A stretch of DNA of 64,000 nt, taken from assembly GCA_039096225.1 (NCBI GenBank), contig JBBPEB010000031.1:1-64000 (forward strand). The letters are read 5' to 3'. The position numbers were made by a program, and so were the translations under genes. Shown here in pieces: positions 41,789 through 56,704 of the stretch. Within the stretch, counting starts at the first letter, position 1. The number at the start of each line of letters is the position of its first letter. The notes under the pieces were generated by a model. That model was not told where the DNA came from. It did no database searches and saw only the letters and a program-made list of their open reading frames with translations. Source of the DNA: Blastocystis sp. Blastoise (lineage: Eukaryota > Protista > Bigyra: Opalinata).

Positions 41789-41814
41789 GGAGTTTATAAA
41801 TAATAATAATAATA

Positions 41815-41851
<37 letters not shown>

Positions 41852-41853
41852 GA

Positions 41854-44534
41854 CTAGGGTCACGCCGCAGGTCCAGTGCCTAACGGCCCCGGACCGCGGC
41901 TGCATAAAGAGTATATAAAAAATATTTATTATCTTTTATCTTATATATTATATATATATAGTTTTTAATATGAGTCATTTATTATATATTATATATTATA
42001 TATTATATATATTATTTATTATTTATTAAATATTAATTTCTTATACTCTATATGGAGAGTTACAATTATTTTATGATTGTAATCAGGTTCAATTCCTGAT
42101 ATAAGATTATTTTAGACTTTTTAAATAAGAAATTAAAAAAGAGAAAAAATTATTGTTTAATTAAAATCACTTTCTAAGTCAATTTTTTCACAACAATTTA
42201 TTTTTAAAATATATTTTGTATTTAGTAATAATTAAACAACTGTTTAAAACATTCTTTGAGTTTTTAAAGTCAATAACTTTAGAAATGAGTACCAATGTGA
42301 AGTAGTGTAAAGTATTTTTAATTCATAAAATTCATTTAAATAAGCATAATATAATAATTTTAACTCATTTTAATACTTTTTAAAAGAATTAGAAAGCTTT
42401 AATCATAACAAAGTCAGCATTCATTCTAACTTTGACAACTAAAACATTATTTAAAAAGTTAATATTTTTATATTCGTCTCAAATAATGATTTTAACATAA
42501 ATAACTCAAAATAGTAACTTTTAAATAGACTTTACCCATTCAAGATCCACTGTATCAAAACAGTTTCCGTCAGTCTTTTGATATAATATAGAGTTTATCA
42601 TACTATTTATTAAATAAAAGTAAATGTTTTGAATCTCTTTCTTAAAGACCCTTTTTGACACATTATGAAAAGTTGACACACTTAAACTCATTTTTAAATG
42701 CTAATATTTACACACTTTACTTAATATGACCATAGCTACACATTGGTGATCACTTTAAAACATTTTGTAAACCTTTTGCATTTGCTCATTTACTTCGACC
42801 AAAATATTTTCATCCCTCCTTTTGACATAATATAGAGTGTGTTGTCTAATTATATGAAAGCGATGGGGAATTTTGAATCTCGTCCTCTAAGTCAATCATT
42901 TTCACATTTTTTAAAATTAAGACCCTTAGAGTTGATTTTTGAAGTTAATTTTTCTACAGTGTTCCAAAAACACGATTTTGGATAAACTGAAGTAAAAATA
43001 TTTTTTCAATAACTCTCACAACCCTTCACACATCCAGTCTCTAAAAATAGTTTTTGCTATATTTTTGATATGTTGTAGAGTGTCTCTTAGTGTATACTGA
43101 ACAATATCTCGTTTCTTAAAACTCTCATTTTATGACTCTCTTTGAACATATTTTTACTAATTGAAAGGCTTAAACATATTTTTAAAAGCTAATATTTACA
43201 TAGTAGACTTTATATGACTCTATAAGCACATTAGTCAACACTTTAGACTTTTTAAGGACACTTTACCATTTGGTCATACACTTTGATCAAAACATTTTCG
43301 TCCCTTCTTTTAACATAATATAGCTCATACACTCTAGTTTAATGAATAAACACTCTTATTTTGAATCTCGTCCTCTAAGTCACTCATTTTTACATTTTTT
43401 TAAATTTAAGACCCTTAGAGTTGATTTTTTGACTCAATTTTTCTACAGTGCACGAAATTCACGATTTTAAATAAACTGAAGTAAAAATAAATTTTTAATA
43501 ACTCTCACAACACCTCACACATCCACTCTCTAAAAATTATTTTCTTTGCACTTTTGATATGTTGTAGAGCTACTACAGCTGTACACTAATTAAAATCTAT
43601 AAATTTTTTATTCATAGTTTAAGACTATGTTTTACACATTTATTTAAATTTGGCAACCTTAAACTATTTATTTAAAGTTCTTATTCATAGAATATACTTA
43701 ATACATGATTCTATACACATATGCAAACACTTTTACTTTTTAAGACACATTTTGTCATTTGGTGATACACTTTGACCATCATAATTTTGACTCTCCTTTT
43801 AACATAGAATAGAGTATTATCTCTAGTTTACTAAACAAAAGTCATTATATTGAATCTTATCCTCTAAGACCACTTAATTCACATTTTTCAAAATTGTGAC
43901 ACTCAAACTCATTATTTTAAGACCTTGTTTTAACTATAGTAGTTTGAGGACCTATTGATTACCATTATACAATATTAGTCCATTATAAGAAGATCGAAGA
44001 AAATATCGATCACTCAAAAATCGTCCTCAGGAACTCAAAATTGGTACACCTAGGTTTTTCGACCTCCTGAATCAGAATATCATGTCAAAATAAGAATCTA
44101 AATTTGACCGTTAAGGCCTCACGTGTTCAATATGAAAAAGTATTAAAAAATAGATAAATATAAAGAATAAACACGGATAACGTATATTGTGGGATTGAGA
44201 AAAAATCAAGTTTACCCCATGTTTATTTTCCAATTGTCTGGTCAACAATTTTTATCGGGGTCACCCCAAAGAGCCAATCAAAAACGACTCAAAAATCATG
44301 TTTTCTGTTCTTTTATTAATATCTTTTTAATTATTAATTATATCGCTTAACCAAATATATGGTGCACAACTACATGTTATATCCTATTGAACTGTGTTTC
44401 ACTCAAAAGTTAACTCCCCGTAAGTTTAGAGGAGTTGCGGCGACAAACTATAGTATATAGTAGCCAATCAAATGCATTTTCCAAAAACTGACCAATGGGA
44501 ATTTTTTTGCCTATTCTCATATATATAGTAATGA
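41854..44534 (-). mobile_element. Short non-autonomous Helitron type D (2681 bp) nested in element C
   Basis: Reverse complement of 25562-28242, same length and same hairpin variant; A|T site taga|tata. Confidence 0.96.
42039..42106 (+). ncRNA. tRNA-like cloverleaf, 3'-end type (D variant)
   Basis: Reverse complement of 27990-28057. Confidence 0.7.
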
Positions 44535-45103
44535 TATAGATATAGATATATATAGATATAGATATAGATATATATATAGATATATAATAAGGAGGAAGTA
44601 GGAAGTAGGAAGTAGGAAGGAAGAAGGAAGAAGGAAGAAGGAAGGAGGAAGTTTAAGAAGGAAGGATGAAGAAGTAAGAAGGAAGGATGAAGAAGAAGGA
44701 AGAAAGAAGGATGAGGAAGAAGGAAGTAGGAAGAATCAAGGATGGGGAAGAAGAAAGAAGGAAGAAGGAAGGAGGAAGAAGAATGAAGAACCAAGGTGAA
44801 GAAGAAGGGAGAAGTAAGAAGTAAGTACGAAGAATGAAGGAAGAATGATGAAGAAGGAAGAAGGAAGAAGAAGTAAAGAATGAAAAGAAAGAAGGCAGAA
44901 AGAAGAAGGAAGAAGGAAGAAGGAAGAAGGAAGAAGAAGGAAGGAAGAAGAAGTAAGTAGGAAGGATGAGGAAGAAGAAAGAAGTAAGAAGGAAGAAGAA
45001 CGAAGATAGAAAGAAGAAAAAAAAACTAAGAAGAATATTAAACCTATATACAATAAATAAACATAATAAATAAATAAATAAATAAATAAATAATAAACAA
45101 TAA

Positions 45104-45136
<33 letters not shown>

Positions 45137-45927
45137 ATTAATAAATAAATAAACATATAAAAAAAAATGAATAAATAAATAATAAATAAATAAATAAATA
45201 ATAAAAAAAATGTAAACAATAAATAATAAAAATAATAAATAAAATATAAATATATACCTTTAAAATAACCTTGAACGACAGATTAAAGAAGGAAAATATT
45301 TAGCAACGAAGACCACAACACATCCATTGAAGTTTCTTTCCTATAGAATAAAAATTATTAATAATATATAGAATAAATTATATGTAAAGACTAAATAAAT
45401 AATATTGATAATAAAAATAATAAATAATAAAAACGAATTAACAAAAAGAAAAACAGATCTTAAGAAATAAATAATATATTTATATACCTGATCATAAATA
45501 AACCATTTTACACAGCCAAGACCACTTCAAGAACACTTCAACACCACAACCAAGGAAAATACAAAAGAATCCTATAGAAAAGTGTATTATTTTAAATAAA
45601 TAAATATATACATACAAATATATAAAAAATAATAACTAAACAATATCAAATAAATAAATAAAACATACTCAGTCAATCAATATAATAAAATATTTAAAAA
45701 ATGTAAAAAAACTATGTTTTTTGGGTACCCTAAATGTTTTTAATAGAAAATGACCCAATTATTACTTTTGTAAATAAATCAATGAAAATTCAAGGGTTTT
45801 TTAATTTCTATTAATTTTTAAGAAGCATATTTTTAAAATAGACCCTATTCTTTAAAAGTGGAAATATAAACACAATTTTTATATTAAGAGAAAACACTTA
45901 TTTTTTATAATTAAAATATTATCTAAG

Positions 45928-47340
45928 ATGCCTCAGAAGGCATGATGCTGTCAAGATCGAAGTGTGTAGATGGAAAAATATACATTTCTCAAAAACTTTC
46001 AGGTTCTTCTACTCAATAGGATCCAGTTGTGTATGTTCTTGGTCTTGGTATTACTTGCTCTGATGGTCTTAAAGGTATATATTTTCCATTTCTTTTTTTT
46101 TTTAAATTATTTATTATATTATTTTAGGTTCTTCTATGTTATTTGTATCATACGGAGGCTGTGGTGTTGCCTGCTATGCTAACTGTGAAGGTATGTTGTC
46201 AATGATTTGTTTTTATTTTTTTAATTTTATTTATTTATAGGTTCTTCTGTTGTTTTAAATGATGCTAATGGTTCTAATGATGTGATTGTAGGTTCTTCTT
46301 ATTGTATTGAAGGTATGTTGCCAATCATTTAATTTATTTTTATATTTTATTATTATTTTTTTATTATTTCTATATATATATATAGGTTCTTCAGTTGCTG
46401 TGCATGTTGACAGTGGTGTTGATGATAGATGTCTGTGTGGTGTTGAAGGTATGTTGTCATTCATTTATTTTTTCTTTTTTTACTTTTATATATATTTAGG
46501 TTCTTCTGATGCTTTCAATACTGCTGTTGATGTTGTTGGTGATCAGATAGACTGTTCCTATGGTATTAAAGGTATATATATATATTGTCATTCATTTATT
46601 ATTATTATTTTTTTATTTATTATTTGTCTATTACTGTTTCTTTATAGGTTCTTTTATTGTTGTGTGTGTGGTTGCTGAAGGTGTTAATAATTAAGGTATG
46701 TCTATTTTTTTAATTTAATTTAGTTTATTTTTATTTATTATTTATATATAGGTCCTTCTATTCTGATCGAGTCTTCTATTATAGGTAATGAAAGGTATAT
46801 ACTTATTTCTTCCTTTCTTTTTTTTTTAATTTATTAATTATCTTATCATTATATATAGGTTCTTCAAGTCAGTTATGATATGATACTTATTTTTCTGTTC
46901 CTTCTTTAGAAGGTATATATATTTTTATTGTTTATATATTTTTTATTATTTATTATATATAGGTGTCTTTTCTAATAGGGGATCTTATCACCCTAATGTT
47001 GGCTTTTATTTTAATAATAAAAATATATCTAAAGGTATATATATATATATATATATATAACAAATATTTATATTTCTTTTAATATATATATCTATATATT
47101 TTATCTATATAGTGATGGTGTAAATAGTTCTTTAATGCTGAAGGTATATATATATATATTTATCTTTTATTTCTATAGGTTCTTCTAATTTGGTTGGCAT
47201 ACTTAACATATTATTTTATTTTTGTTTTGTTTTGTTTTGCTTTGTTTATTATTATTATTTTTTTTTTCACAGATAATATCTTTCTATTATCTGCTTTCTT
47301 AGTATTATTTATTTATTTTTGTTTTGTTCGTTTTTTATAA
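45928..47340 (+). pseudogene. Decayed microexon-array paralog in element C, lacking intron 1
   Basis: ATGCCT start, early 1-bp frameshift, TAG in exon 2; last exon DNIFLLSAF matches DNSFLLSAF of the intact gene. Confidence 0.75.
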
Positions 47341-48600
47341 TTTTTATTGTGCTTACTATTAAGATAATTTTGAAATTAGTTAATGTTATTAGTATGTGGT
47401 CCTTAATATTGTTTTAATTTATAATAACATTCATTTATCACCTAATCTGATATAGACTAGCGATATAATTACATCAATGATTGAGTTATTATTAAGTTTT
47501 GTATTCTCCACTTTCATTTATATATTTAATTATGTGTAAAATTTTAAGCAATAAGAAATGTGAAAAAATAGGTTATTAAATTAAGAGATTTAAAATTATA
47601 GAAATTGTTTAATATAGAACAACATGTACTCTACAACATATTAAAAAATAAGAGAATTTCATTTTTGACAAGTGAATTAAGAATGCGTTTGAGTTGTTCA
47701 GAAATTTTAAAGAGTAAGTCTATTCTTTTAAAATTGTGTTTTTGTTATACTATGAAAATTTTGACTTTTAAAAACAAGTTTAAAGGGATTATTTTTTTAA
47801 AATGTAGAAATGAATTATCCAAAGGACGAGATTCAATATAAAACATTTTATTTATCAAACTATTATTTATAGTCTGAATTATATTAAAAGGAGGGACAAA
47901 AATACTCTTGACAAAGTGTATGACCAAATGAAAAATGTTTATAAAGAGTGTCAAAATGGTAGCTAATGTATTGACAGAGTTATGTCGAGCATAGCGTTAA
48001 AATATAAGCTTTTTAAATTAACTATAAGTGTGTTAACTTTTCAAAATGTATAAAAAAGGGTCTTTAGGTCAGAGATTCAAGACATTCAACTATAAGTAAT
48101 ATATGACATAATGAGATCTATATTGTGTGAAAGTTATGTCTAAAACTATTTTGATACACTGGATATCAAAATGGTGAAGTCTCTTTACAAGCGATATTGT
48201 TGACACTTTTATGTATAAAAATGCTTTTTAGAGTGACTTTATTAATATTAATTCTAAAACTATGTGTTTAAGTCGTTAAAGTGAAAATGAATGTTGACTT
48301 TGTTGTGTTAGATTCGTTTTAGTTTTATGAAATGGTTAAAGAAAGTGTAAACTACCTTAATATAATCTATTTAAAATGATTTTACATAATAATGACTTTC
48401 GATACTTAACATTGTGACCCATTTCTAAATTTATTAGCTTTAGAAACTCCATAATAATTAAAGCAGTAACTCAACTATTTATAAATACAAAATATATTTT
48501 TAAAATAATAAATAACAAATATAATGATTCAAAAAGGATTTCTCATTTTTTTAAGTATTGTTTTTAGTTTTTCAGATACTATTCAAAAGTAAATTTTAAT

Positions 48601-48668
48601 TCTTATATCAGGAATTGAACCTGATTACAATCAATATATGATTGTAACTCTCCATATAGAGTATAAGA
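48601..48668 (-). ncRNA. tRNA-like cloverleaf, 3'-end type, element C
   Basis: Perfect 9-bp middle arm TTACAATCA-TATAT-TGATTGTAA. Confidence 0.7.
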
Positions 48669-49750
48669 AGTGTTAATAAAATAATATATATAATATATAA
48701 TAAGTAACATATTATAGATAATAAGTAACATATTATAGATAATATTTTATAAATAATATATATTATTTAATATATAGTAGATAATAAGGAAAGAAAGTGA
48801 ATAAAAACAAAACACTTATTATTCATTGCAGCCGCGGTCCGGTGCCGTTAGGCCCCGGACCTGCGGCGTGACCCTAGTATATATACAAAAGAATAAGTCT
48901 TTATTTAATATATTTTGACAAAATAAGATTATATACATATATTAACGACACAGAAAACCATCAATATCCTATCTCAAATATTATTTACATAATTTAATAT
49001 AATACTATCCATAATTAGTCTTTTTTTACCATAAATGAAGAACTATATATAGTAAGTTTATTAAATATATACAATATTAAACAAATAATAATAATATATA
49101 TACTATAAATAAGACACCAGTGAATAATAAACGTTTCATCTCATACTATAGATAAAATACAATATATAATATTAAAAATAACAACTTAAAAAAACAAATT
49201 AAAAATAGATTATAGATAAAAAGTGAAAAGAAAGAATAATATATACTCTAAATCCAAGAAAATAGAAGATCTAATGCATTCAACAAATTAAATGTTGTAT
49301 TTGGAAATCTTTGAGTTTCACCAAATCAACCAATGTGTAAGTATTTCATAAATATGGGCTAGACCAGTTTGAGTAGTAATTTAACATTGATTGAGTACAG
49401 TGAAAAGTAGTTCTGAGTGAGTATTTATCAACATGTAAATGATTTGTTAAGAATGTTGATATTGAATATATTATTCAGTTTGTTTATCCTATAGTAGATG
49501 TACAGTAGACTATATAGCAATAATAAAGAGAATAAAAAATACCAGACAAGCCAAATTGTGTTTTAGAAAGCCAATATCCACAAATTAAGAAGGACAGTAT
49601 GACCTAGAAGGTATGATCTATACTAAATAGACATAATAAAATATATAATTAATTTTTATTACAATATTAATATAATAGTTTAATTACTATAGTATATTTT
49701 ACTTAATTCTTAAATTTCAAAAAAAATAAGCCAAAAATTAGAGACTTACA

Positions 49751-49809
49751 AAAAACCCGTGAAATTCTTTCACGGGTTTTAAACCCGTGAAAGAAATTCA
49801 CGGGTTTTT
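49751..49809. repeat. Double palindrome made of four alternating AAACCCGTGAA units
   Basis: AAAAACCCGTGAAATTCTTTCACGGGTTTT-AAACCCGTGAAAGAAATTCACGGGTTTTT. Confidence 0.9.
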
Positions 49810-50864
49810 ATTTTGTTATATATCTCTCTTTATATGAGTTGTAAACGATTAAGATGTTCTTTGTTATAAATTAATATATGGAAATTTCATATTAAAGGAA
49901 GAATCTTTTGATAAGAATAAGTTTTTTATCAATTCATTTGTTTTTCTTGGTGAACAAAGATTCTAGATTCTTTGATTTGCATATTTTGATTTTAGGATCA
50001 ATAGATAAATATGAAGGTGTGCTATTGATTCTGTTTTCATAATATAAGTTGGATCATATTCAGATGAAGTTGTTTATTATTCAATAGTATCAATATTTCC
50101 GTGCTATACATATAGACATCTAGTCAAATATGAAGAAATATAACTAATTAATATATCTTCAATTATTGTCTTTAGACAATTATTCTTTTATAAAACAATG
50201 AAAAGTGTTCCACTCAATATATAATAAGTGTCTTAGATATAAAAAACATAATATAATAACTTTTCATCTATTATTTTTAATAGGATAAAATGTTCTCACA
50301 AATAAGTTTATTATTATTAATTCTTCAATATATTATACATATAATAAACATTTAAAAACTATGAACCTGTATTTGGCTGGTAAAGCATCAATAATAATTT
50401 GTACAAATCTATTCTATACATAGATTTCAACTCTTTTTACTTTCTTATAAGTACAAAAATATTTAGTTAAATTTTTGTGGTGATAAAATGAAGAAGACAT
50501 TAGTATAAGGGCATGAAATGAGCCCATTTAGTAAAAAATTTGATATTTATATTATAGAAATTATATGCATGAGTATAACAACGATTCTAATATATGAACA
50601 TCAATTCAAATAAATCATATATATAATACTAGGGTAACGCCGCTGGCGCACCGCCTAACGGCGACGCGCCGCGGCTGCGTTGTGCAGTTGGGTTTTAAAA
50701 TTATTTCTTTAACTTTATTGAACAAAACAACCTTGTTTATTATAAACATTTAAAAAACAAATAAAAAGTGAAGAAGTAATAGATTAAAAAGAAAAAATAA
50801 TTAACAAACATAAAACAAAAACAAACAAATATAACAAAAGAAGAAAAAAGAAAAAATAAAGCAT

Positions 50865-53800
50865 TTAATTATTTAGAGTAGACCTGAAGACCACGTTCTT
50901 AGTAAATATTTCATTACTACTACTAATCATCTTACCTTGAGAGACACTATCAACTACCTTAATAAAAAGAGCGTTGAAAGATCGAGCACGACTGAAAGCA
51001 ACATAGAGTTGACCATGAGAGAAGACAGGACGATCTAAGTAAACACCAACTCTTTCAAATGTTTGTCCTTGAGATTTGTTGATAGTCATGGCAAAGGCTA
51101 AACGAATAGGAAATTGTCTTCTGGATATAATAATAGGAAGATCTTCAGGATTTGAATTACAGATGATTCTTGGAATAATAACAGTTTGTTCATCAATAGT
51201 AAGAGAAGGAGGAGGATTTAAAATAGTAGCAGTAATATTATTTGATCCTAATCGAGTTACTATAAGTCTAGTACCATTACATAATCCTTTAGAAGGATTA
51301 AGATTTCTTAAAAGCATAATGATACAACCTATTTTTAAATTTAATATATGAGGAGGCATTCCAGAAGGTGTTTGAGAATTGATAAACTCGATAGGATAAT
51401 TTGATTCTGGATCATCTGTTTCAGAATCAAGAATAGAATCAGAAGAGATATAAGGAGTAGTAGTTCCAGAAAGAAGATTATCAACAATGAAATCATTTAA
51501 AGTACCAACACAATCATTAGTAGAAGCTAATATAACAGAAGAAGCTAATCGTTTGATATCAGAATCAAGAGAAGTATTGATTCGATGTCCAAATACAGTA
51601 ACACATAAATCATCATTCACAATACATTGAGGAGGAATAGGAATATAATCTATATCTAAATGATGACTAATAGTATAATTATTAGAAAGAACACCATCTC
51701 CTACTTGTAATAACCATTGTCTAAAATCATCTGCTCCTTCTAAAGCTCTCATATTTCTTGATAAATGAATGACATTATTTTTGATAGAATTCCATAAGGA
51801 ACAAAACTTTATAGAAGAACTAACAATCTGAGCTTGAGTTCCTTTTCTTATAACTGGTAAACATTGTCTGAAATCTCCTCCTAATACTACTGTTTTACCA
51901 CCAAAAGGAATATCTAATTCTGTATTCATTATATCACATAATAATCTATGTACTACCATAAAACAATCACCTTTCATCATAGGAGCTTCATCCCATATTA
52001 TTAAATCAGCTATTCTTATTTCTTCTACTTTTCTTCTATCTCTAGCTAAATCTATATTTGAAGTAGAATCAGGATCAACATTCAAAGGAATACCAAATTG
52101 TTTATGAGCTGTTCTACCACCTGGTAATAAAGTAGAAGCAATTCCTGTTGAAGCTACAGGTAATACATTCTTATTATGTCCACGTAAATAACTTAATAAA
52201 CTATTATATAAGAAAGTCTTTCCACTTCCACCTGGACCATCTATAAAGAAACATAACTTATCTTCTATTCTACTACTTTCTATTGAATGAATTACTCTAT
52301 CAAATGCATTTCTTTGTTCTTCATTTAATAATTCTATTACTCTATTAGCTTCTTGTAATTCTAATGTAGGATTATAATTATAATCATTATAATGATGTTG
52401 TTCTTCTACTTGAGGTAATCCTAAATCATTATAATTCACTCCTATACTTATCATCATCTCTTTTATATCTTGTAAAGTACGTATTTCATAATCTTGAAGA
52501 ACACTATTAGTATCATCTTCTATAACACTTGATGAATCTAAATCTTGAGCTAAAGGAGTATTTATATAATCTATTTCATTATTATGCATTGAATGTTTAT
52601 AATCCTCACTAAGAAATGATTTAAATCGAATCCAAAACTCTTTCACATTTGTTAATAATGATTCTGAAATATAAGTAATAAATAATTGTCTCAATTGACA
52701 TGGAGTAGCAAAAACAATAGCTTCTGAAAATGAATCAAATACTTCTCTCTCATTATTCAATAATCCTCTTGCTATAGCTGCTTCACTAAAGGTTCTATAA
52801 GGTTCATTACTATTCAATCCTTTTACTATCTTCAAAGAATCAAAGCTATCAGCTCCTTTCGTATTCAATAATAATAATCTCAAAGCATATCGTTCCTTAT
52901 CTTTTGGATTCACATAATACATTCTTCCTAAAGCTTTTATATCTCTCTGACGTCTATTCCAAGTATTTGTATTCGATTTCCATACATAATATTTTGGTAT
53001 TTCATGATAAGCATAAATAGGATATTTCTCATCTAATATTTTCAATAATTCTTCGGATATATTATCATCATCTACTTCATAACTATTTATTCTATTTATC
53101 TCTTCTAAACGAACTTGAATCAATTCTCTTTCTTCTTCTACATTATTCATATTACGAATACCATGCTTCTTCTCTATATAATAATAAGTATATATCTTTC
53201 TTTGATTCTGAACTTCTTTCTCTAAATCAAAGTATTTTGTTAATTTAGTACCTTTCTCTAAACTATTCCTTAATGCTTCTACTTCATGTCCTTCTCGAAA
53301 TAATATATATGGATCATCAGGTAAATGAATAGGTAATCTATTAATAGAAACAGAATTATAAGTAATTTCAAAACAATTCAAACGATAAGAAGCTTCAGGA
53401 GGAGAAACATATCGACAATCTAAATAAGCTTGAGTTTCATCTACTATTCCATTATCATTCACTCTTCTTAATTGAGCTATCACAGAATCATTTCCTTTTA
53501 ATGCATACTTATATATATATTTTGTACTTTGAATATTACAACAGACTTCTACATTAATATGAGCTTGATATTTCAATAATAAATAAGGATTATAAGGAAC
53601 TACCCAACGATTATCAATAGTATAAGTATTATGACTACGAATAAGAGTAATAGTTCTATCAGGAATATTTCTTCTTTGATATAAAGGATAAGAATTTAAA
53701 TGACAATTAGTTTGCTCTATATATTCTTTTGGAAATCTCTTACTACATTTACCTGTTGATCTATCAATACAAACACAATTCGTATCATAATCAGGACCAC

Positions 53801-56597
53801 ATGGACCATGAATCATATGTTTCTTAACTAATTCATAAAGAAGAGGAGTTGATTCTTTATCAGGAATCTCTGCACTTATTATACTATCTACTTCATCTTC
53901 TGTTCTATATTTAGAATTCGTATCTAAAATAATTAATATATGAGAATGTGGTAAACCTCTCTTTTGGAATTCCACTGAATATAATAAAGCTTCTACAGTA
54001 CCAAATATATTCTTATCCTTTATATCAGAAAGTAATTGTTTCAACTTTAAATGAAACACTCTTGAAACTAAATCTGGAAATTCATTAACAGTATAACCTT
54101 CTGGAATATTATTCTTTATTTCTAACCAATCTGGATTGCAAGTAAATGTTATAAATAAATCAGGTTTACCATATTCTCGAACTACACTCATAGCATCCAT
54201 ATATTTCTGTTGCAAATTTCTTGGACTACCAACAAAAGAAGAAGGTAATATAATAGCTTTACCTATTCTATCTATATTTCTATCATTCTCATTTATTTGA
54301 TCTCCTCTCTCTTCTAACATATTATTTATATTCTGATAAGTTGAAGCTCTTAACTTATTTTGATTATTTCGTATATAATTAATTCTATTTTGTTCTACTC
54401 GAATATAATTATCAGTAATATATTGTAAAGTTAATTTCTTATATTTTAATAAATAATTATCATAAGGTGGATCTTTCATTTGAAGCATATAATTATAATA
54501 TTCTAACATAGTAATAGTAATTTGATTAGAACGATTCAATGATAATAAATCTGGATACCAACCTTGTCTTCCAGTTGGAAACATAACTGGATAAACCATA
54601 CAATCTATATAAGAATTAGTATTCTTCATTACTATATATTGACCTGAAGTATAACGATTCTGTTCATTATTACTATTAGTAGCTACTATTTCCATACCAC
54701 TTCTAGGAAAACAACAATAACTTCTTTCTGGCATTACTCCTCCTTCTCTATATTGATATATTACTGCTACTTCATCTACTTGAGGAGTATTATATCTTCT
54801 TATATCAGGTACTTCTCTTCTTTGTTTCTTAAACTCTATTAATAAATTAATATTATTTCTATTCATTTGACTATTCTCTTCTAATACTTCATCTACTCTT
54901 TCTCGAAGTGAATTATATATTTGAGCTAATGGATGATATTCTCTTATTGTACTATCTAATATCTCTAAAATATTTGGTTTTAAATCACAAAAATATCGAT
55001 TCATACTTCTCATATGAGTAGCTTCATCTCCATCTATCATATAATATTGATTGAATACAGGATGTCTTGTAGGATCATTCACATCAAAATCTAAAGCACT
55101 CTTAAAAGTATGATATATATTACCTCCACATTTAAATAGTAAAGGTCCAGAAGAATTTCTTAAATCATCATCAGAAGTATTATTTCCAGCTAAAGAAGCT
55201 AAAGCAACAGAATTATTATATCGAATAATATTATTAATAAATTCTCTTGAATCTGGATTATCTCTTTGTAATAAAGAACGAATAGTATTAGGAAGATCAG
55301 GAAGCTCAGGAAGAACTACTTTACCACTACCACAGCAAGTATAAAACTTATCATTCATTCCTTTCTCTAATTCAAAATGTTTAGCATGACAATATTCACA
55401 ATGAACATTAAAATCACCTAAATAATTAGCTTTATAAGTATTCAATGCTTCATTTAATACGAAATCACCATGAGAATCTATATAAAATAATATAAAATAA
55501 ATATTAAATATATATAAATACTTCTTTGAATAGAAGCAATACAATTATGTAATCCAGGATATAATAATCTTTGTTGATTATCTATAAAAATAATTTGTTA
55601 TTTAATTATTCATAAAGAATTATAAAAAATAAATAGCATACAAATATCTAAAGCTCTTCTTCTTCCTCTATTAATAATAGGATGAATAATTATATCTTCT
55701 TCAACTATAAAAAAGTATTAAATAAATATATTTAAATAATAAAAAACATACTATTATCTGTTATAGGTCTTCTAATAGTTCTTACAACTGGTATTTCGTC
55801 ATTATTTTGAGTATTACTATTAATATTAGGAAAAGGATCAATATAATCAGAATCAGAATCATTATCAGAAAAACTACTACTACTACTACTACTACTATCA
55901 CTTGAACTACTACTACTACTACTATTAGGTATTGTTGTTATAATTTCTGATTCATTATCATTATTTAAATTAATATGAGGAATATTTGTTAGAATACTTA
56001 AAGGAGGAAGAATAGGACTTAAATCAGGAATAGTTAAATAACTATTCATAATGGAATTAATAGATCTATTATTTCTATGTATTATTGTTTCATTATTATT
56101 AGTATTAGTGTTATTTCTTGAATTATTTGTATTATCATTAATGATTGTAGAATTATTATTGTTAGATATATTTACATCAGTTGGAATAGTAGTAACAACA
56201 GGTAAAGAGTGTGAAGAAGTATTAATAGAATCATTATTATTATTAGAAACAGAAGTATTTTTTTCTGTAGGTTGTATAATAGTAGTTGATATAGGAATAG
56301 ATTGATTATTATTATTAATTTGACTTTGAACAATAGATATGTTATTAATTGATTGATTAACTGGATTCATTTGATTGAATAGGTTTGAACCATTATTTAA
56401 TATAGAATTATTATTATTTATTTGTGAATAACGATTATCGATATCAATATCAATATTGTTATTTGAATTATTGTTTTGAATGTTTTGTAAAGGAATATTA
56501 TTTTGAAAATTAAAAGTCGAAAACAAAGCTAAAGGTTTTGAGTTAAAACCAAATGATTTAGATAAATCATTATTATTTATTTTATCCTTATTGGAAC
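50865..56597 (-). CDS. Helitron RepHel transposase (Asn/Ser-rich N-terminus, Cys/His cluster, HUH Y2 Rep, Pif1-family SF1B helicase); exons 56597-55752, 55704-55642, 55581-55522, 55477-50865; first exon not resolved; at least 1860 aa
   Basis: Rep motifs DLFITFTCNPDW, VEFQKRGLPHSHILI, KYIYKY; helicase motifs GPGGSGKT, IIWDEAPM, GGDFRQCLP, TINKSQGQT, HGQLYVAFSR; three GT-AG phase-1 introns join the 264-aa ORF to the main ORF in frame (exons of 846, 63 and 60 bp). Confidence 0.96.
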
Positions 56598-56704
56598 CTA
56601 TATATATTAATTATTAGATATTAAATATATTATGTTTAAGTTTAGAATAAAGTTTAGTTGTGTAGTATATAAATTAACTTTCATTGTTATAGTTGTTGAA
56701 GTAT

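Larger units (their letters stand above)
21862..48877 (+). mobile_element. Non-autonomous Helitron type C (about 6410 bp without insertions), interrupted after its 9th base by autonomous copy A1
   Basis: TCATTACTA (21862-21870) + TATATATGAGAATAGG (from 39796) rebuild the family 5' end; 3' hairpin-CTAG at 48877; diverged paralog of type B. Confidence 0.92.

Noticed and set aside
55478-55544. RepHel starting at MYCFYSKK as in the ORF track
   Set aside because: The start codon is TTG and the stretch reads through a GT-AG intron (55521-55478); the frame is entered by splicing
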